DNA of 64,000 bases from an uncultured Alphaproteobacteria bacterium (GCA_902537615.1 CACBBU010000005.1:16581-80580); one strand, 5' to 3'. Shown: positions 16,579-27,988, numbered from the stretch's first letter. A program made the numbers and translations. Notes: generated from the sequence alone by a model not told the origin.

Positions 16579-19239
16579 ATGAAATTAAAACAACCTGATA
16601 TAAATGGATTGTTAAAAAAAAGTCACAAAGTTTCAAAACCAACACCTATGATGGCCCAATACCTTGAGGTTAAAGAAAGGCATAAAGAGTATTTATTATT
16701 TTATAGAATGGGTGATTTCTATGAACTGTTTTTTGAAGATGCAGAAGTTGCAGCCTCTAACTTAGGAATAGCCCTAACCAAAAGAGGAAAAATTGGAGAC
16801 AAAGATATTCCAATGTGTGGTGTTCCCTATCATTCAGCTCAAACTTATTTATCACGATTAATAAAACAGGGCTTTAAGGTGGCAATTGCCGAACAGTTAG
16901 GGGAAAGTGAGGAGGAATCAAAAAGTCAAAAAATTTTTAAAAGAGATGTGGTACGAATAATTACTCCTGGAACCATAATAGAAGATTCACTTCTAGACTC
17001 CAAAAATAATAATAATTTACTAAGTATTTTTTTGAATAAAGGCCTAATTTCTATTGCTTGGGTTGATATGACTTCTGGACTTATTAAGCTTGAACGAATT
17101 GAAGGGAAAAACTTTCTTCAGTATCTTACAGAATCAATACATAAGATTGAGCCCGGTGAAATAATTGTTTCTGAGGAAATAAAAAACTCAAAAATTTTAA
17201 ATGAAAAACTGGGTATTTTTGATAAGCAAATTTCTTATATCCCTCATACTTTTTATGATCACAGAAATAATACGGACGTAATAAATAATTTTTTTGATAT
17301 AAAAAAAATACAATCTCTTGCCGATCTCAATCAGACCGATATAGCTGTTATTGGCGCACTTATAAATTACCTTAAATTAACTCAAAAAAATAACATTCCA
17401 AAAATAAGAAATGTAGAAATTATCTCTAGAGAAAAATTTATGCAAATAGATATGTTTACTTTAAAAAGCCTGGAAATATTTGAGCGTTATGATGGAGTAA
17501 AAAAAGGAAGTCTCATTGATACAATTGATAAAACACAGACAGCTTGCGGTGCCCGAATGCTTCGATATTTTTTAAAAGCTCCATTAATAGATAATAAAGA
17601 AATAGAGTTTAGGCATAATTTAATAGAATCATTTCTTTATAATTTCAGTACGCTAGAAATTATCATAAAACTCTTGGCAAGTGTTCCTGATCTTGAAAGA
17701 GCGTTAGCAAGAGTTACAGCAGGGACTAATAATCCAAGAGATTTAATTTTAATAAAACAGTTTATAAATTTTACAAAAAAAATTTTTCGTGAGCTGGAAA
17801 ATCTCAAAGAAAAAAATTTACATAAATTAATTCCTGATAAAAAGGTTATTGATAAAGCAACGACAATTGAAAAATTAATTGATAAAAACATTGAAGATAC
17901 TCCTCCCATTAATCTTAACGATGGTGGTGTTATAAAGAGTTCAGTTGATAAAAGATTAGATGAACTCAGAAATATAAAACAAATAAAAACTGAAGAAATT
18001 ATTAAACTTCAAGAAAAATATAGTCTTGAGACTAATGTTAATAATTTAAAAATTAAATTTAATAATTTTCATGGCTACTTTATTGAAGTTACAAAAAAAC
18101 ACACATCAAATATTGATAGCTGTGAAACTATTGATTTTATAATGATACAAAACACTGTTAATGCATCAAGATATCAAACAGAGGAACTGAGAAAAATTTC
18201 ACATGAAATAGAATCATCAGTTGATGAATCAATCCAATTAGAATTGAAAATTTATGAAGAAATTTGTTTAACAATACTTAAGGCCTCAGACGACTTATCT
18301 ATTTTGACTGAAAAAATGGCGTTCGTTGATGTTATAAGTAATTTTGCTCATCTTGCAGAATTAAGAAATTATATTAAGCCTAAATTATTAGCTAGCAATT
18401 CAATTAATATTCTTAATGGTAGGCATCCTGTAGTGGAGGAAGGATTAAAAAATAAAGGAGAAGAATTCACCCCTAACAATTGTGAAATGAATGAACATGA
18501 AAACATATGGTTGATGACAGGACCAAATATGGCTGGGAAAAGTACTTTTTTAAGACAAATAGCGATTATTGCTCTGTTAAATCAAATTGGATCTTATGTT
18601 CCCGCAGAAAAAGCAAGTATAGGAGTTTTTGATAAAATTTTTACAAGAATTGGAGCATCAGATAATCTTTCTGAAGGCATGTCTACATTTATGATGGAGA
18701 TGATTGAAACCTCAAGAATTGTAAATGAAGCTACAAAATCCTCCTTAGTTATCTTAGATGAGCTAGGAAGAGGAACCTCATCAGAGGATGGTCTGGCCAT
18801 TGCGTATTCAGTTCTTGAGTTTATAGCTTTAAAAATAAAATGCCTTACATTGTTTGCAACGCATTATAAAGATCTATGTGAAATGAGTGATAAGCACTCC
18901 GAAATACTAAACAAGACGTTAGCAATCAAAAAGTGGAATAATGAAATAATTTTTCACTACAAGGTAATTGATGGTATTTCAGAAGGATCATTTGGTATCC
19001 ATGTAGCAAATCTAGCCGGAATAAATAAATCAATAATTTCACGTGCAAGCCAGGTTCTAAAATCTATTGATAAAAAGGATGTAGAATTAGGTAAAGAAGA
19101 TTTTGATTTTAATGATCAAGATGAAAAAAAGGACAATGAAATATCAAAGTTTTTACAAAAGCTTGACCTGGACAATCTGTCTCCAAAAGAATCATTAGAT
19201 ATTTTATATGCACTAAAAAAAAATTATTTCATTGAATGA
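16579..19239 (+). CDS. mutS: DNA mismatch repair protein MutS
   Basis: TPMMAQY, RMGDFYELF, TGPNMAGKST and DELGRGT motifs. Confidence 0.97.
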   Translation: MKLKQPDINGLLKKSHKVSKPTPMMAQYLEVKERHKEYLLFYRMGDFYELFFEDAEVAASNLGIALTKRGKIGDKDIPMCGVPYHSAQTYLSRLIKQGFKVAIAEQLGESEEESKSQKIFKRDVVRIITPGTIIEDSLLDSKNNNNLLSIFLNKGLISIAWVDMTSGLIKLERIEGKNFLQYLTESIHKIEPGEIIVSEEIKNSKILNEKLGIFDKQISYIPHTFYDHRNNTDVINNFFDIKKIQSLADLNQTDIAVIGALINYLKLTQKNNIPKIRNVEIISREKFMQIDMFTLKSLEIFERYDGVKKGSLIDTIDKTQTACGARMLRYFLKAPLIDNKEIEFRHNLIESFLYNFSTLEIIIKLLASVPDLERALARVTAGTNNPRDLILIKQFINFTKKIFRELENLKEKNLHKLIPDKKVIDKATTIEKLIDKNIEDTPPINLNDGGVIKSSVDKRLDELRNIKQIKTEEIIKLQEKYSLETNVNNLKIKFNNFHGYFIEVTKKHTSNIDSCETIDFIMIQNTVNASRYQTEELRKISHEIESSVDESIQLELKIYEEICLTILKASDDLSILTEKMAFVDVISNFAHLAELRNYIKPKLLASNSINILNGRHPVVEEGLKNKGEEFTPNNCEMNEHENIWLMTGPNMAGKSTFLRQIAIIALLNQIGSYVPAEKASIGVFDKIFTRIGASDNLSEGMSTFMMEMIETSRIVNEATKSSLVILDELGRGTSSEDGLAIAYSVLEFIALKIKCLTLFATHYKDLCEMSDKHSEILNKTLAIKKWNNEIIFHYKVIDGISEGSFGIHVANLAGINKSIISRASQVLKSIDKKDVELGKEDFDFNDQDEKKDNEISKFLQKLDLDNLSPKESLDILYALKKNYFIE

Positions 19240-21785
19240 TGTTAAAATTATCCAACGACAATTTAAAAAATATTGATTCTGTTAAAAAATTTTTTTTAAC
19301 GAAAAAAAATAAAATTAAAGAAGAATTTTATTACAATCATAAAGGAATAAAATGTTGTAAACTTAACTCAGACCTTACTGATGTATTAATAAAAAAAATT
19401 TTTCAATTAACAAATCCTTTAAAGTTAGCTAATCACGATTTTTTAATTTGTGCAGTAGGAGGGTATGGAAGAAGACATTTAGCACCCTATTCAGATATAG
19501 ATTTACTTTTTGTATATAACCAAAAAATTCCAGAAAAAGAATTAAAAAGAACAATTGAACAAATTCTCTATCCTTTGTGGGATTTAGGAATGAAAATTGG
19601 GCATGCTGTTAGAACTTTTAAAGAAGTAATATCTTTTTCTAAAAAAGAACAGATTATAAAAACTTCTATTTTAGATGCCAGATTAATATTAGGTTGTAAT
19701 CAAGTTTTTAAAAATATTATTGCACAATATACTCAGGAATTTTCAAAAAAAGCGCGAATTTTCTTAAAAGAAAAAGTTGATGAGAGAAAAAAAAATATTC
19801 AAAAAATTGGTTTTGACTACTTTAAAAATGAACCAAATTTGAAGGAAAGTGAGGGCTCGCTAAGAGATATAAATTTAATACACTGGTGTCTTAAAATACT
19901 AAAAATTTCACAAAAGAAAAACGTAAATAACTTTGATGATTATTTGAATCTTAATGAAAAAAAAAAAATTTCTAAGTCGCTCAATTTTTTACTTACCTTA
20001 AGATGTTTTACACATTACATAAGCCAAAGACAAAATGATAAACTTACATTTGACTTACAAAAAACTATAGCTGACAAAATTAAAATCACAGGAAAAATTG
20101 ATGAACAGAGTGCAACTGAACTTTTGATGAAAGACTATTTTAAACAAATAAAGCAAATAAAAACACTCACTCAAGTTTTGTCAGAATCAGTAAATAATCA
20201 GATAAGAAATAAAAAAGTTAAAGGTGCTTCCATAATAAAAAATTTCCAAATGAATCTTTTTAAAAATATCTTTGAAAATAATTTTTCAGTTGAAGACCAA
20301 CGATTTGTTTTAAACAATTCAAAAAAAATCAATAGAGAGGAATTATTTTCTAATATTAATTTAGAATTCTTTAAAAAAATATTTTTTTCAAAGTTAAACA
20401 ACAAATTTTTATTTTTAAATGATATTGGGTTATTGGAAAAAATGATTCCAGAGTTTTCAAAGATAGATACACTTCCACAATTTGATAGATTTCATTCTTT
20501 GAGTGTGGGTCAACATACATTGAAAGCATTAAGTACATTAAAAAATTTGCAAGATAATAATGACGAATCTTACAAATTTGCTAATAAAGTTTTTAAGAAA
20601 GTAAAGAATAAAAACTCACTTTTTTACGCTGTTCTTCTTCATGATATTGGTAAAGGTCTTGGAGGAGAACATAACTTAAAAGGAGCTAAAAAGGCAAAAA
20701 AAATAATTCTTAATTTGAATGAAAATAAAGATACTGCAAAAGAAACAGTTTGGTTAATAGAAAATCATATGTTGCTAAGTGAATTTGCTTTCAAAAAAGA
20801 TATTGAGGACGACTCAGTTATAAAAAAAATTTGTGAAAAAATAGATACTATTGATAGATTAAATAACCTTTATCTTCTAACCGTTTCAGATATTTCGGCC
20901 GTAGACCATGGAATTTGGAATGACTGGAAAGCGAGACTTCTAAAAAATTTGTATGCTAAAATTCAAAGTGAAGTTTTAAAACCAGTCAAAAATAAAAGCT
21001 TGAATCATAAGATTGCAAAAATAAAAGAAACTGTTCTTTTATCTTCAAAAAAAATTAATAAAACTGAGATTGAAAGTTTTTCAAAGATCACCTATCCAAA
21101 TTATTGGTTACTGCAAAGCCATGATTCAATAAAATTTCAAATTGAAAACTTTTTTTTGGGAAAGAAAGAAAAATTAAGATTTGATTATGTAATTAAAAAA
21201 ATAAGCAGACAAAATTTTTTAGAAATTACTGTTGTAACAAACGATAGACCGTCTTTATTTTTAGATTTTATATCAATATTTTTGTTTGAAAATTTATCAG
21301 TTCATGAGGCGAGAATATTCACATTTGATGATGGAACAGTGATAGATAGATTTGTAGTTTCGTCAAATGTAAAATTTAAACTTATAAAAAACGGTTCAAA
21401 AGGCAAAATCAACTCCATAGATAAAAAGTTAATAGAATTGAAAAAAAATAAACCCTTAAAAATTTTACAAAGTAAAACAGCCCAGAAAAAAAGACTCTTA
21501 GAAAGAACAGAAGTAAAATTTGATAATAGCTCATCTGCAACTTATACCGTTTTGGAAGTAACAACTAATGACAGACCAGCACTTCTTTATGATATTTCAA
21601 GAATCTTACTAAATAAAAGATTGGTTATATCTATGGCAAAAATTTCAACTAACGGTGACTTTGTTGAGGATAGTTTTCATTTAAGAAACGAATTCGGAAT
21701 GAAAATTGATAATAAAAAAATAATGTTAGAATTACAAAAAGAAATAATTAAAACTCTAAAAGAAGGGCTTAACAATGTTTCTTAA
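19236..21785 (+). CDS. glnD: [Protein-PII] uridylyltransferase GlnD
   Basis: AVGGYGR..LAPYSDIDL, HDIGKG and two C-terminal ACT domains (DRP). Confidence 0.9.
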   Translation: MMLKLSNDNLKNIDSVKKFFLTKKNKIKEEFYYNHKGIKCCKLNSDLTDVLIKKIFQLTNPLKLANHDFLICAVGGYGRRHLAPYSDIDLLFVYNQKIPEKELKRTIEQILYPLWDLGMKIGHAVRTFKEVISFSKKEQIIKTSILDARLILGCNQVFKNIIAQYTQEFSKKARIFLKEKVDERKKNIQKIGFDYFKNEPNLKESEGSLRDINLIHWCLKILKISQKKNVNNFDDYLNLNEKKKISKSLNFLLTLRCFTHYISQRQNDKLTFDLQKTIADKIKITGKIDEQSATELLMKDYFKQIKQIKTLTQVLSESVNNQIRNKKVKGASIIKNFQMNLFKNIFENNFSVEDQRFVLNNSKKINREELFSNINLEFFKKIFFSKLNNKFLFLNDIGLLEKMIPEFSKIDTLPQFDRFHSLSVGQHTLKALSTLKNLQDNNDESYKFANKVFKKVKNKNSLFYAVLLHDIGKGLGGEHNLKGAKKAKKIILNLNENKDTAKETVWLIENHMLLSEFAFKKDIEDDSVIKKICEKIDTIDRLNNLYLLTVSDISAVDHGIWNDWKARLLKNLYAKIQSEVLKPVKNKSLNHKIAKIKETVLLSSKKINKTEIESFSKITYPNYWLLQSHDSIKFQIENFFLGKKEKLRFDYVIKKISRQNFLEITVVTNDRPSLFLDFISIFLFENLSVHEARIFTFDDGTVIDRFVVSSNVKFKLIKNGSKGKINSIDKKLIELKKNKPLKILQSKTAQKKRLLERTEVKFDNSSSATYTVLEVTTNDRPALLYDISRILLNKRLVISMAKISTNGDFVEDSFHLRNEFGMKIDNKKIMLELQKEIIKTLKEGLNNVS

Positions 21786-23343
21786 AATAATTTCAATTCT
21801 GGGTTCACTAACATTTTTAAGTAGGATTTTGGGTTATTTAAGAGATCTATTAATTGCGAAAATAATAGGTGCTGGTTTGGTGTCAGATGCATTCTTCATT
21901 TCTTTTAAATTACCTAATCTCTTTAGAAGACTTTTTGGTGAAGGTGCCATGAACTCAGCATTCATTCCTGTGATCTCAGGGACTAAGAGTAAATTTGGAA
22001 AAAATAAGTCAGATGAATTTTTTTCTTTAATTTTTTCCTCATTACTAATTTTTCTTTTAATTTTATTAATTATTGCAGAAATTTTTATGCCCCTCATTGT
22101 AAAGTTGATTGCACCTGGTTTTACAGATGATCCTAATAAATTTTTTCTTACTGTTGATCTATCACGGTTAACTTTTCCTTTTGTTTTTTTCATTTGTTTA
22201 ACTTCATTAGCAGGGGCTTATTTAAATACTTTAGGACGATTCGCTGCAATGGCACTAACCCCGATTATTCTTAATTTAACAATAATCTTTTGTTTGTTAA
22301 TTTTTTTAAGAACTAATGACAAAGTGATTGTGTCCAATTATTTAAGTCTATCCATTTCTGTGGCAGGTCTAATACAGTTGTTATGGATAATTTTTAGTTT
22401 AAAAAAAAACAGTATTAAACTCAAATTTTTGTCTTTTCAAAATTCTGCTTTTAAAAACAGAAAAAAAGAAATAAAAAATTTTTTAATTTTGTTAGCTCCG
22501 GCAGTCATAGGTAACGGAGCTTATCAAATTAACCTTTTAATAGATATGATATTAGCTTCAACCTTGCCTGATGGTTCTATTTCATACCTGTACTTCGCTG
22601 ACAGAGTAAATCAACTTCCGCTAGGTGTTTTAGGAATTGCGATTAGTACTGCTTTACTTCCTATACTTTCTAAACATGTAAAGGAGCGCAATGTAATTGA
22701 AGCAAATGAAAGTATAACAGAATCAATAAAATTTGGGATCTATTTTTCTGTTCCTGCATTAGTAGGAATTTTTTTATTATCCAACCAAATAATTAGTTTT
22801 TTGTTCTTACGAGGTGAATTTTCATTAGAAGACTCAAAACTTACATCATCTGCATTGACAGCTCTTGGTTTTGGATTACCAGCTTTTATTTTAATAAAAA
22901 TCTTAGTTGTTCCTTTTTTTGCGAATGAAGATACAAAGACTCCAATTAAAGTTTCTGTATTTTCAATGTCGCTTAACCTCATTCTTAATTTAATATTAAT
23001 AAAAGAGTTTCTGCATGTTGGGTTGGCAATTGCTACTTCAGCCTCAGCTTGGGTAAATGCCCTGATTTTATTTTATATTCTTATCAAAAAACTTGGATAC
23101 AAGTTAGATAAGTCAATTATAGATGATACCTTAAAAATTTTATTTTCAGTATTTGTTATGGCATGTTCATTATTTTTAATGAAATATCTTGAGACAATAG
23201 ATTTTGCTGTTTTTAATTTTTCTGATAGAAATAATTTATTGTTAATAATTAAAATTCTAATTGGAGGTATAATTTACCTTTTTGTTAGTCATTTAATTGG
23301 TATCAAGTATATCGATTTAAAAAAATGGTGGAAAAAAAATTAG
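21775..23343 (+). CDS. murJ: Lipid II flippase MurJ
   Basis: SRILGYLRD, PNLFRRLFGEGA and ADRVNQLPLG motifs. Confidence 0.95.
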   Translation: MFLKIISILGSLTFLSRILGYLRDLLIAKIIGAGLVSDAFFISFKLPNLFRRLFGEGAMNSAFIPVISGTKSKFGKNKSDEFFSLIFSSLLIFLLILLIIAEIFMPLIVKLIAPGFTDDPNKFFLTVDLSRLTFPFVFFICLTSLAGAYLNTLGRFAAMALTPIILNLTIIFCLLIFLRTNDKVIVSNYLSLSISVAGLIQLLWIIFSLKKNSIKLKFLSFQNSAFKNRKKEIKNFLILLAPAVIGNGAYQINLLIDMILASTLPDGSISYLYFADRVNQLPLGVLGIAISTALLPILSKHVKERNVIEANESITESIKFGIYFSVPALVGIFLLSNQIISFLFLRGEFSLEDSKLTSSALTALGFGLPAFILIKILVVPFFANEDTKTPIKVSVFSMSLNLILNLILIKEFLHVGLAIATSASAWVNALILFYILIKKLGYKLDKSIIDDTLKILFSVFVMACSLFLMKYLETIDFAVFNFSDRNNLLLIIKILIGGIIYLFVSHLIGIKYIDLKKWWKKN

Positions 23344-24344
23344 ATAAAGGTTTGGTTTTTTCTGGAGTTCAGCCTACTGGTAACCTCCATTTGGGTAATT
23401 ATTTGGGCGCGATAAAGAACTGGGTTAGTTTGCAAAAAGAAAAATCCTGCATTTTTTGTATTGTAGATTTACATGCTATCACAGTTGCGGAAAATAGATC
23501 TAAGTTAAAAGAAAATACATTAGAGGTAACGGCTGCTTATATTTCCTCTGGCATTGACCCAGAAAAAAGCAAGATTTTTGTTCAATCTAACGTCCCTGGG
23601 CACTCTGAATTAGCTTGGATCTTAAGTTGTCATACCCCAATTGGATGGTTAAATAGAATGACACAGTTTAAAGATAAGGCTGGTAAAAATAAAGAAAAAG
23701 CACCTTTGGGTTTGTATTCATACCCAGTTTTAATGGCTGCCGATATTTTGTTATATAAATCTGAATACGTACCTGTGGGTGAAGATCAAAAACAACATCT
23801 AGAACTTTCAAGAGATATTGCCCAAAGTTTTAACAGATTTCATAATAATGATTTTTTTCCAATACCAGAACCTTTAATAATGGGATTAGCTACAAGAGTA
23901 ATGAGTTTAAAAGATGGAACAAAAAAAATGAGTAAGTCCGACCCCTCTGATTATTCTAGAATTAATATGACAGATAACACTGATGATATTAGAAAAAAAA
24001 TTCAAAAAGCAAAAACAGACTCTCTTCCTTTTCCTGATAACAGCGAAAACTTAGAATCAAGACCAGAAATAAATAACCTTTTGAATATTTTCTGTTCGAT
24101 GAGTGAAATGAGTATAGATAAACTTATAAGAGAATACTCAGGTAAGGATTTTAAAAAATTTAAAGAAGATTTGTTTGAGATCATTAATAATGAGATCTCA
24201 AGAGTTTCAGTAGAAATGCATAAATTATTATCTGATAAATCTTACTTAGAGAATTTATTAAAAAAAGGAGCTGAAGAGGCAAGAGAAATTGCGAATAATA
24301 ATATGCGAGAAATAAAAAAATTAATTAATTTTTATGACCTATGA
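23325..24344 (+). CDS. trpS: Tryptophan--tRNA ligase
   Basis: SGVQPTGNLHLGNY, GEDQKQH and KMSKS motifs. Confidence 0.97.
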   Translation: MVEKKLDKGLVFSGVQPTGNLHLGNYLGAIKNWVSLQKEKSCIFCIVDLHAITVAENRSKLKENTLEVTAAYISSGIDPEKSKIFVQSNVPGHSELAWILSCHTPIGWLNRMTQFKDKAGKNKEKAPLGLYSYPVLMAADILLYKSEYVPVGEDQKQHLELSRDIAQSFNRFHNNDFFPIPEPLIMGLATRVMSLKDGTKKMSKSDPSDYSRINMTDNTDDIRKKIQKAKTDSLPFPDNSENLESRPEINNLLNIFCSMSEMSIDKLIREYSGKDFKKFKEDLFEIINNEISRVSVEMHKLLSDKSYLENLLKKGAEEAREIANNNMREIKKLINFYDL

Positions 24345-25258
24345 CATTTTATTTACCCATCGCTGAGATAGAAATAAATTTACTAATAATACTATTTTTT
24401 GGTTTTATTGTTGGTTTTATGTCTGGACTATTTGGAGTTGGTGGAGGATTTTTAATGACACCGTTACTAATTTTCATGGGGATTCCTCCCTCAACAGCTG
24501 TTGGAACAGAATCAGTTCAAATCCTGGGGTCTTCCGTTTCAGGAGCAATTGCTCATGGAAGGAAGAAAAATATTGATTATGAAATTGGAAGCTTCCTGCT
24601 GATAGGAGGAATATTTGGCTCCACCTTTGGAATAATGATTTTTAATTTTCTTAAAGAATCTGGAAACATAGACCTGATTATTAACATCCTATATGTAATT
24701 TTCCTGCTTGTTATAGGTGTTTTGATGTTCGTTGAAAGTATTTTTTCGCTAGTCAAAAAACCTACCGTTTTAAAAAAAACACACAAAAAAAAAAGAAATT
24801 TTTTAGATTATCTTCCTCTCAAATTAAGATTTAGACAATCAGGAATATATATGTCTGTGTTATTACCTGTACTTGTAGGTTCATTTACAGGTTTTTTAGC
24901 GTCGTTGATGGGAGTTGGTGGCGGGTTTGTAATGGTTCCAGCAATGATTTACCTATTTAGAATGGGAACAGTTTCTGCGATTGGAACTTCTCTATTTCAA
25001 ATTGTTTTTGTGACATTAAACGTTTCAATTCTTCAAGCTACATACAACTTATCAGTAGATTTAATACTTGCGGTTTTTTTATTGATTGGGGGTGTTATTG
25101 GTGCTCAATACGGATCAAAATATACGTCAAAATTTAAAGGGGAGCAAATAAGAGTATTTTTAGCTATAATTGTTATTATTGTTTGTGTAAAGATGGGCTT
25201 AGAATTAATTAATGAGCCTCCAATGAATTCTAGAATAATTATTCAAGATGCGTTTTAA
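24341..25258 (+). CDS. TauE/SafE (TSUP) family membrane transporter
   Basis: Duplicated G.FGVGGGF motif; YLPIAE N-terminus. Confidence 0.85.
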   Translation: MTFYLPIAEIEINLLIILFFGFIVGFMSGLFGVGGGFLMTPLLIFMGIPPSTAVGTESVQILGSSVSGAIAHGRKKNIDYEIGSFLLIGGIFGSTFGIMIFNFLKESGNIDLIINILYVIFLLVIGVLMFVESIFSLVKKPTVLKKTHKKKRNFLDYLPLKLRFRQSGIYMSVLLPVLVGSFTGFLASLMGVGGGFVMVPAMIYLFRMGTVSAIGTSLFQIVFVTLNVSILQATYNLSVDLILAVFLLIGGVIGAQYGSKYTSKFKGEQIRVFLAIIVIIVCVKMGLELINEPPMNSRIIIQDAF

Positions 25259-25967
25259 TTTTATAAAAATTATCTTTTTATTATTTTTCCTCCTTCACTC
25301 CTTTGGTGTTAAGTCAAACATTTTAATTTTTGATGTTTCACAAAAAAAAGTTTCAGTATCTAATGATTTAAAAGATACTCATTTCACAATCTATGGATTT
25401 TCTGATTCCCCAACAAATCTAGTTTTGAAGATTACAGGACCAAATCAAAAGGTTGTTCTACAAAAAAAGAAAAAGGTATTTGGAATGTGGACTTGGAATA
25501 AAACAGGTGAATTTAGTTACCCTAGTTTATTTCATTATTACACAAACATTAAAAGTAATGAGATTGATTTTCATGTTAAAAAAGATTTGGTAGATAATAT
25601 CAAATTAATCGGAAAGGACGATGATAACTTAAAAAAAGAATTAATTGAAAAAAAAATCTCAATTGATTTGTTTTCAATTAAAAATGAATCCTTTGAGCTA
25701 TTGAGTGATGGGACTCCTGCATTTTTCAAAATTCCAGTTAAGTTACCAAAAAACTCACCGCCTGGAAAATATTTGGTTTCAATGAATCTTATGGATCAAG
25801 GAAGTAAATTTGAAACAAAAAAAATACAAGTTTTTATAGAAAAACCTGGAATTAGTTCATTTATATTTGAGTTTGCGCATAAATTCTCATTTCTATATGG
25901 TGTTTTTTCTGCTATTATTGCAATTGGCTTAGGAATAACAGCAGGTTTTATCTTTAAAAAAAATTAG
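25248..25967 (+). CDS. TIGR02186-like membrane protein (usual TSUP partner)
   Basis: Signal peptide, KKKVFGMW, LPKNSPPGKY, C-terminal TM; synteny. Confidence 0.7.
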   Translation: MRFNFIKIIFLLFFLLHSFGVKSNILIFDVSQKKVSVSNDLKDTHFTIYGFSDSPTNLVLKITGPNQKVVLQKKKKVFGMWTWNKTGEFSYPSLFHYYTNIKSNEIDFHVKKDLVDNIKLIGKDDDNLKKELIEKKISIDLFSIKNESFELLSDGTPAFFKIPVKLPKNSPPGKYLVSMNLMDQGSKFETKKIQVFIEKPGISSFIFEFAHKFSFLYGVFSAIIAIGLGITAGFIFKKN

Positions 25968-25971
25968 CATT

Positions 25972-26433
25972 ATGAGTAAGGAACTAACTTTTTTAGTAAT
26001 TTTAGATGATACTCCTGAAATGTATGATGCGTTAAGATATGCAGCGCAAAGGAGTGCTAGGAGCAACGGTAGGGTGGCAATTTTGTATACTTTTGACACT
26101 TTAGAATTTAGTCATTGGAAAGCCGTGGAAGATATAGCAGAAGCGGAATCAAGAGAGGAGGCAGAGTCAAAGATAAAAGAGTATGAAAATTTTATTCTTC
26201 AATTCACCGATAAGAAACCAAAAAAGTTTTTAATGAAGGGTGACAGAGTAGAATGCATTATAAATTTCTTATCGGACAATAAATTTATTTCAAATTTTGT
26301 CTTAGCTTCAAGCAATTCTGGCTCTGATACATTGATAAGCGCATTCACGGGAAAGCAAAGATCAAAACTTAAGGTACCGCTAACTATAATACCGTCAAAC
26401 TTAAAAGAAGAAGAAATTGACAAATTATCCTGA
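25972..26433 (+). CDS. Universal stress protein
   Basis: FLVILDDTPE...ALRYAA N-terminus and VPLTIIP C-terminus. Confidence 0.85.
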   Translation: MSKELTFLVILDDTPEMYDALRYAAQRSARSNGRVAILYTFDTLEFSHWKAVEDIAEAESREEAESKIKEYENFILQFTDKKPKKFLMKGDRVECIINFLSDNKFISNFVLASSNSGSDTLISAFTGKQRSKLKVPLTIIPSNLKEEEIDKLS

Positions 26434-26451
26434 ATTAATTATTTGTAAGAT

Positions 26452-27018
26452 ATGTTTATACAAACTGAAGAAACTCCTAACCCATTAACACTGAAGTTTA
26501 TTCCAGGACAAGTTTTACTTGAAAGGGGTACTCAAGAGTTTAAATCAAAAAAGGCAGCTAAATCTAATACTTTAGCAAATATGTTATTTGAGGATGAAAA
26601 CGTAGACGGTGTTTTTATTGGTAAAGATTTCATAACCATTACTAAATCCGATCAAGTTAATTGGGAATCACTAAAACCGTCTTTACTTTCAAAAATTCAT
26701 GATTTTCTATCATCAGGAAAAAAAGTGGAAGGCCAAAATGATGATAAAAAAAAAATAAAAGAAAATTACAATAAAAAAGATTTAGAAATTGTTAATCAAA
26801 TAAATGATCTTCTTGAAGAAAGAATAAAACCTGCTGTTGCTCAAGATGGAGGTGATATAAGTTTTGTAAAATTTGACAACGGAGTTGTGTATTTGGAGTT
26901 GCGAGGTGCATGTGCTGGTTGTCCAAGTTCTACGATTACACTTAAATCTGGAATTGAAAATATGCTTAAGTATTACATTCCAGAAATTGTATCAGTTGAA
27001 GCAGTAAACCAAAGTTAA
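26452..27018 (+). CDS. NifU/NfuA family Fe-S carrier
   Basis: MFIQTEETPNP, PAVAQDGGDI and GACAGCPSS motifs. Confidence 0.93.
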   Translation: MFIQTEETPNPLTLKFIPGQVLLERGTQEFKSKKAAKSNTLANMLFEDENVDGVFIGKDFITITKSDQVNWESLKPSLLSKIHDFLSSGKKVEGQNDDKKKIKENYNKKDLEIVNQINDLLEERIKPAVAQDGGDISFVKFDNGVVYLELRGACAGCPSSTITLKSGIENMLKYYIPEIVSVEAVNQS

Positions 27019-27968
27019 TGCAAGAATCTAACATTACCCATAAAAATTTAGGGATCTTTTTAATTTCCCTGCTTCTTATTAACATAGCCGTGGGTTTCTA
27101 TAACAGCTTTACAAAAAAAAAAGACTCTAAAGGTTTATCTGTTAACTATACAATAAAGAATACAAAAATTTTTGAAACAAATTCTTCTGATGTGACTGTT
27201 GATTATATCTCAGAATCTAGTGAGATGATTGCGATATTTAATAAATATCAATTTTCAGTAGATAATCTTTTAAATAATCAATCGGCAAACCTAGTAATTT
27301 TTTCTTCATTACCATTAGATTTTATGGACATTCAACCTGTAATAGAGAGAAAAAGATTGTTCATAAATACCCTTATTCCTATTATTTACTCTGAGAACTT
27401 GCAGATTCTAAATGATAGAAAAAAAATACTAGATTGGTGGAGAGAATCGGACGGTGAAAATTTTTCAAGAGACTTTTGGCCACAATGGCTATTTGAGTTA
27501 AGCGAAAAATATGATTCAAGTGATTCTAATCTGGGGAATCTTTTGGTACGTGTTGATATAATACCTATATCTTTGGCTTTAGCACAAGCAGCAATTGAGA
27601 GTGGTTGGGGAACGTCACGCTATTCCAGAGAGGGAAATGCAGTTTTTGGTCAATATACCTTTGACGAATCCAAAGGTTTGAAACCTAAAAACAGAAATAA
27701 AAATGATGAATTTTTCATAAAAAAATTCTCCAACTTATCAGAATCGGTCAGGTCATACTTAAAAAATATTAATACTCATATGGCTTATGCAGATTTCAGA
27801 GAAGAGAGAAAAAAACTTAGAATGAGTGGAGAAAATCTTTCTGGATATAAACTTGTTAATTTTTTAAAAGATTACTCTGAAAGACGAGAGTTCTATATAA
27901 AGGATGTCAAAGAAATTATGAGTTCAAATAATTTTCAAAAATATGACAAAGGAAATATTCTGAATTAA
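27018..27968 (+). CDS. Bax-like glucosaminidase (GH73) domain protein
   Basis: AQAAIESGWGTSR..EGNAVFGQ, YLKNINTH and YSER motifs; N-terminal TM. Confidence 0.85.
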   Translation: MQESNITHKNLGIFLISLLLINIAVGFYNSFTKKKDSKGLSVNYTIKNTKIFETNSSDVTVDYISESSEMIAIFNKYQFSVDNLLNNQSANLVIFSSLPLDFMDIQPVIERKRLFINTLIPIIYSENLQILNDRKKILDWWRESDGENFSRDFWPQWLFELSEKYDSSDSNLGNLLVRVDIIPISLALAQAAIESGWGTSRYSREGNAVFGQYTFDESKGLKPKNRNKNDEFFIKKFSNLSESVRSYLKNINTHMAYADFREERKKLRMSGENLSGYKLVNFLKDYSERREFYIKDVKEIMSSNNFQKYDKGNILN

Positions 27969-27988
27969 TTTAAATAATTCATTTATTA

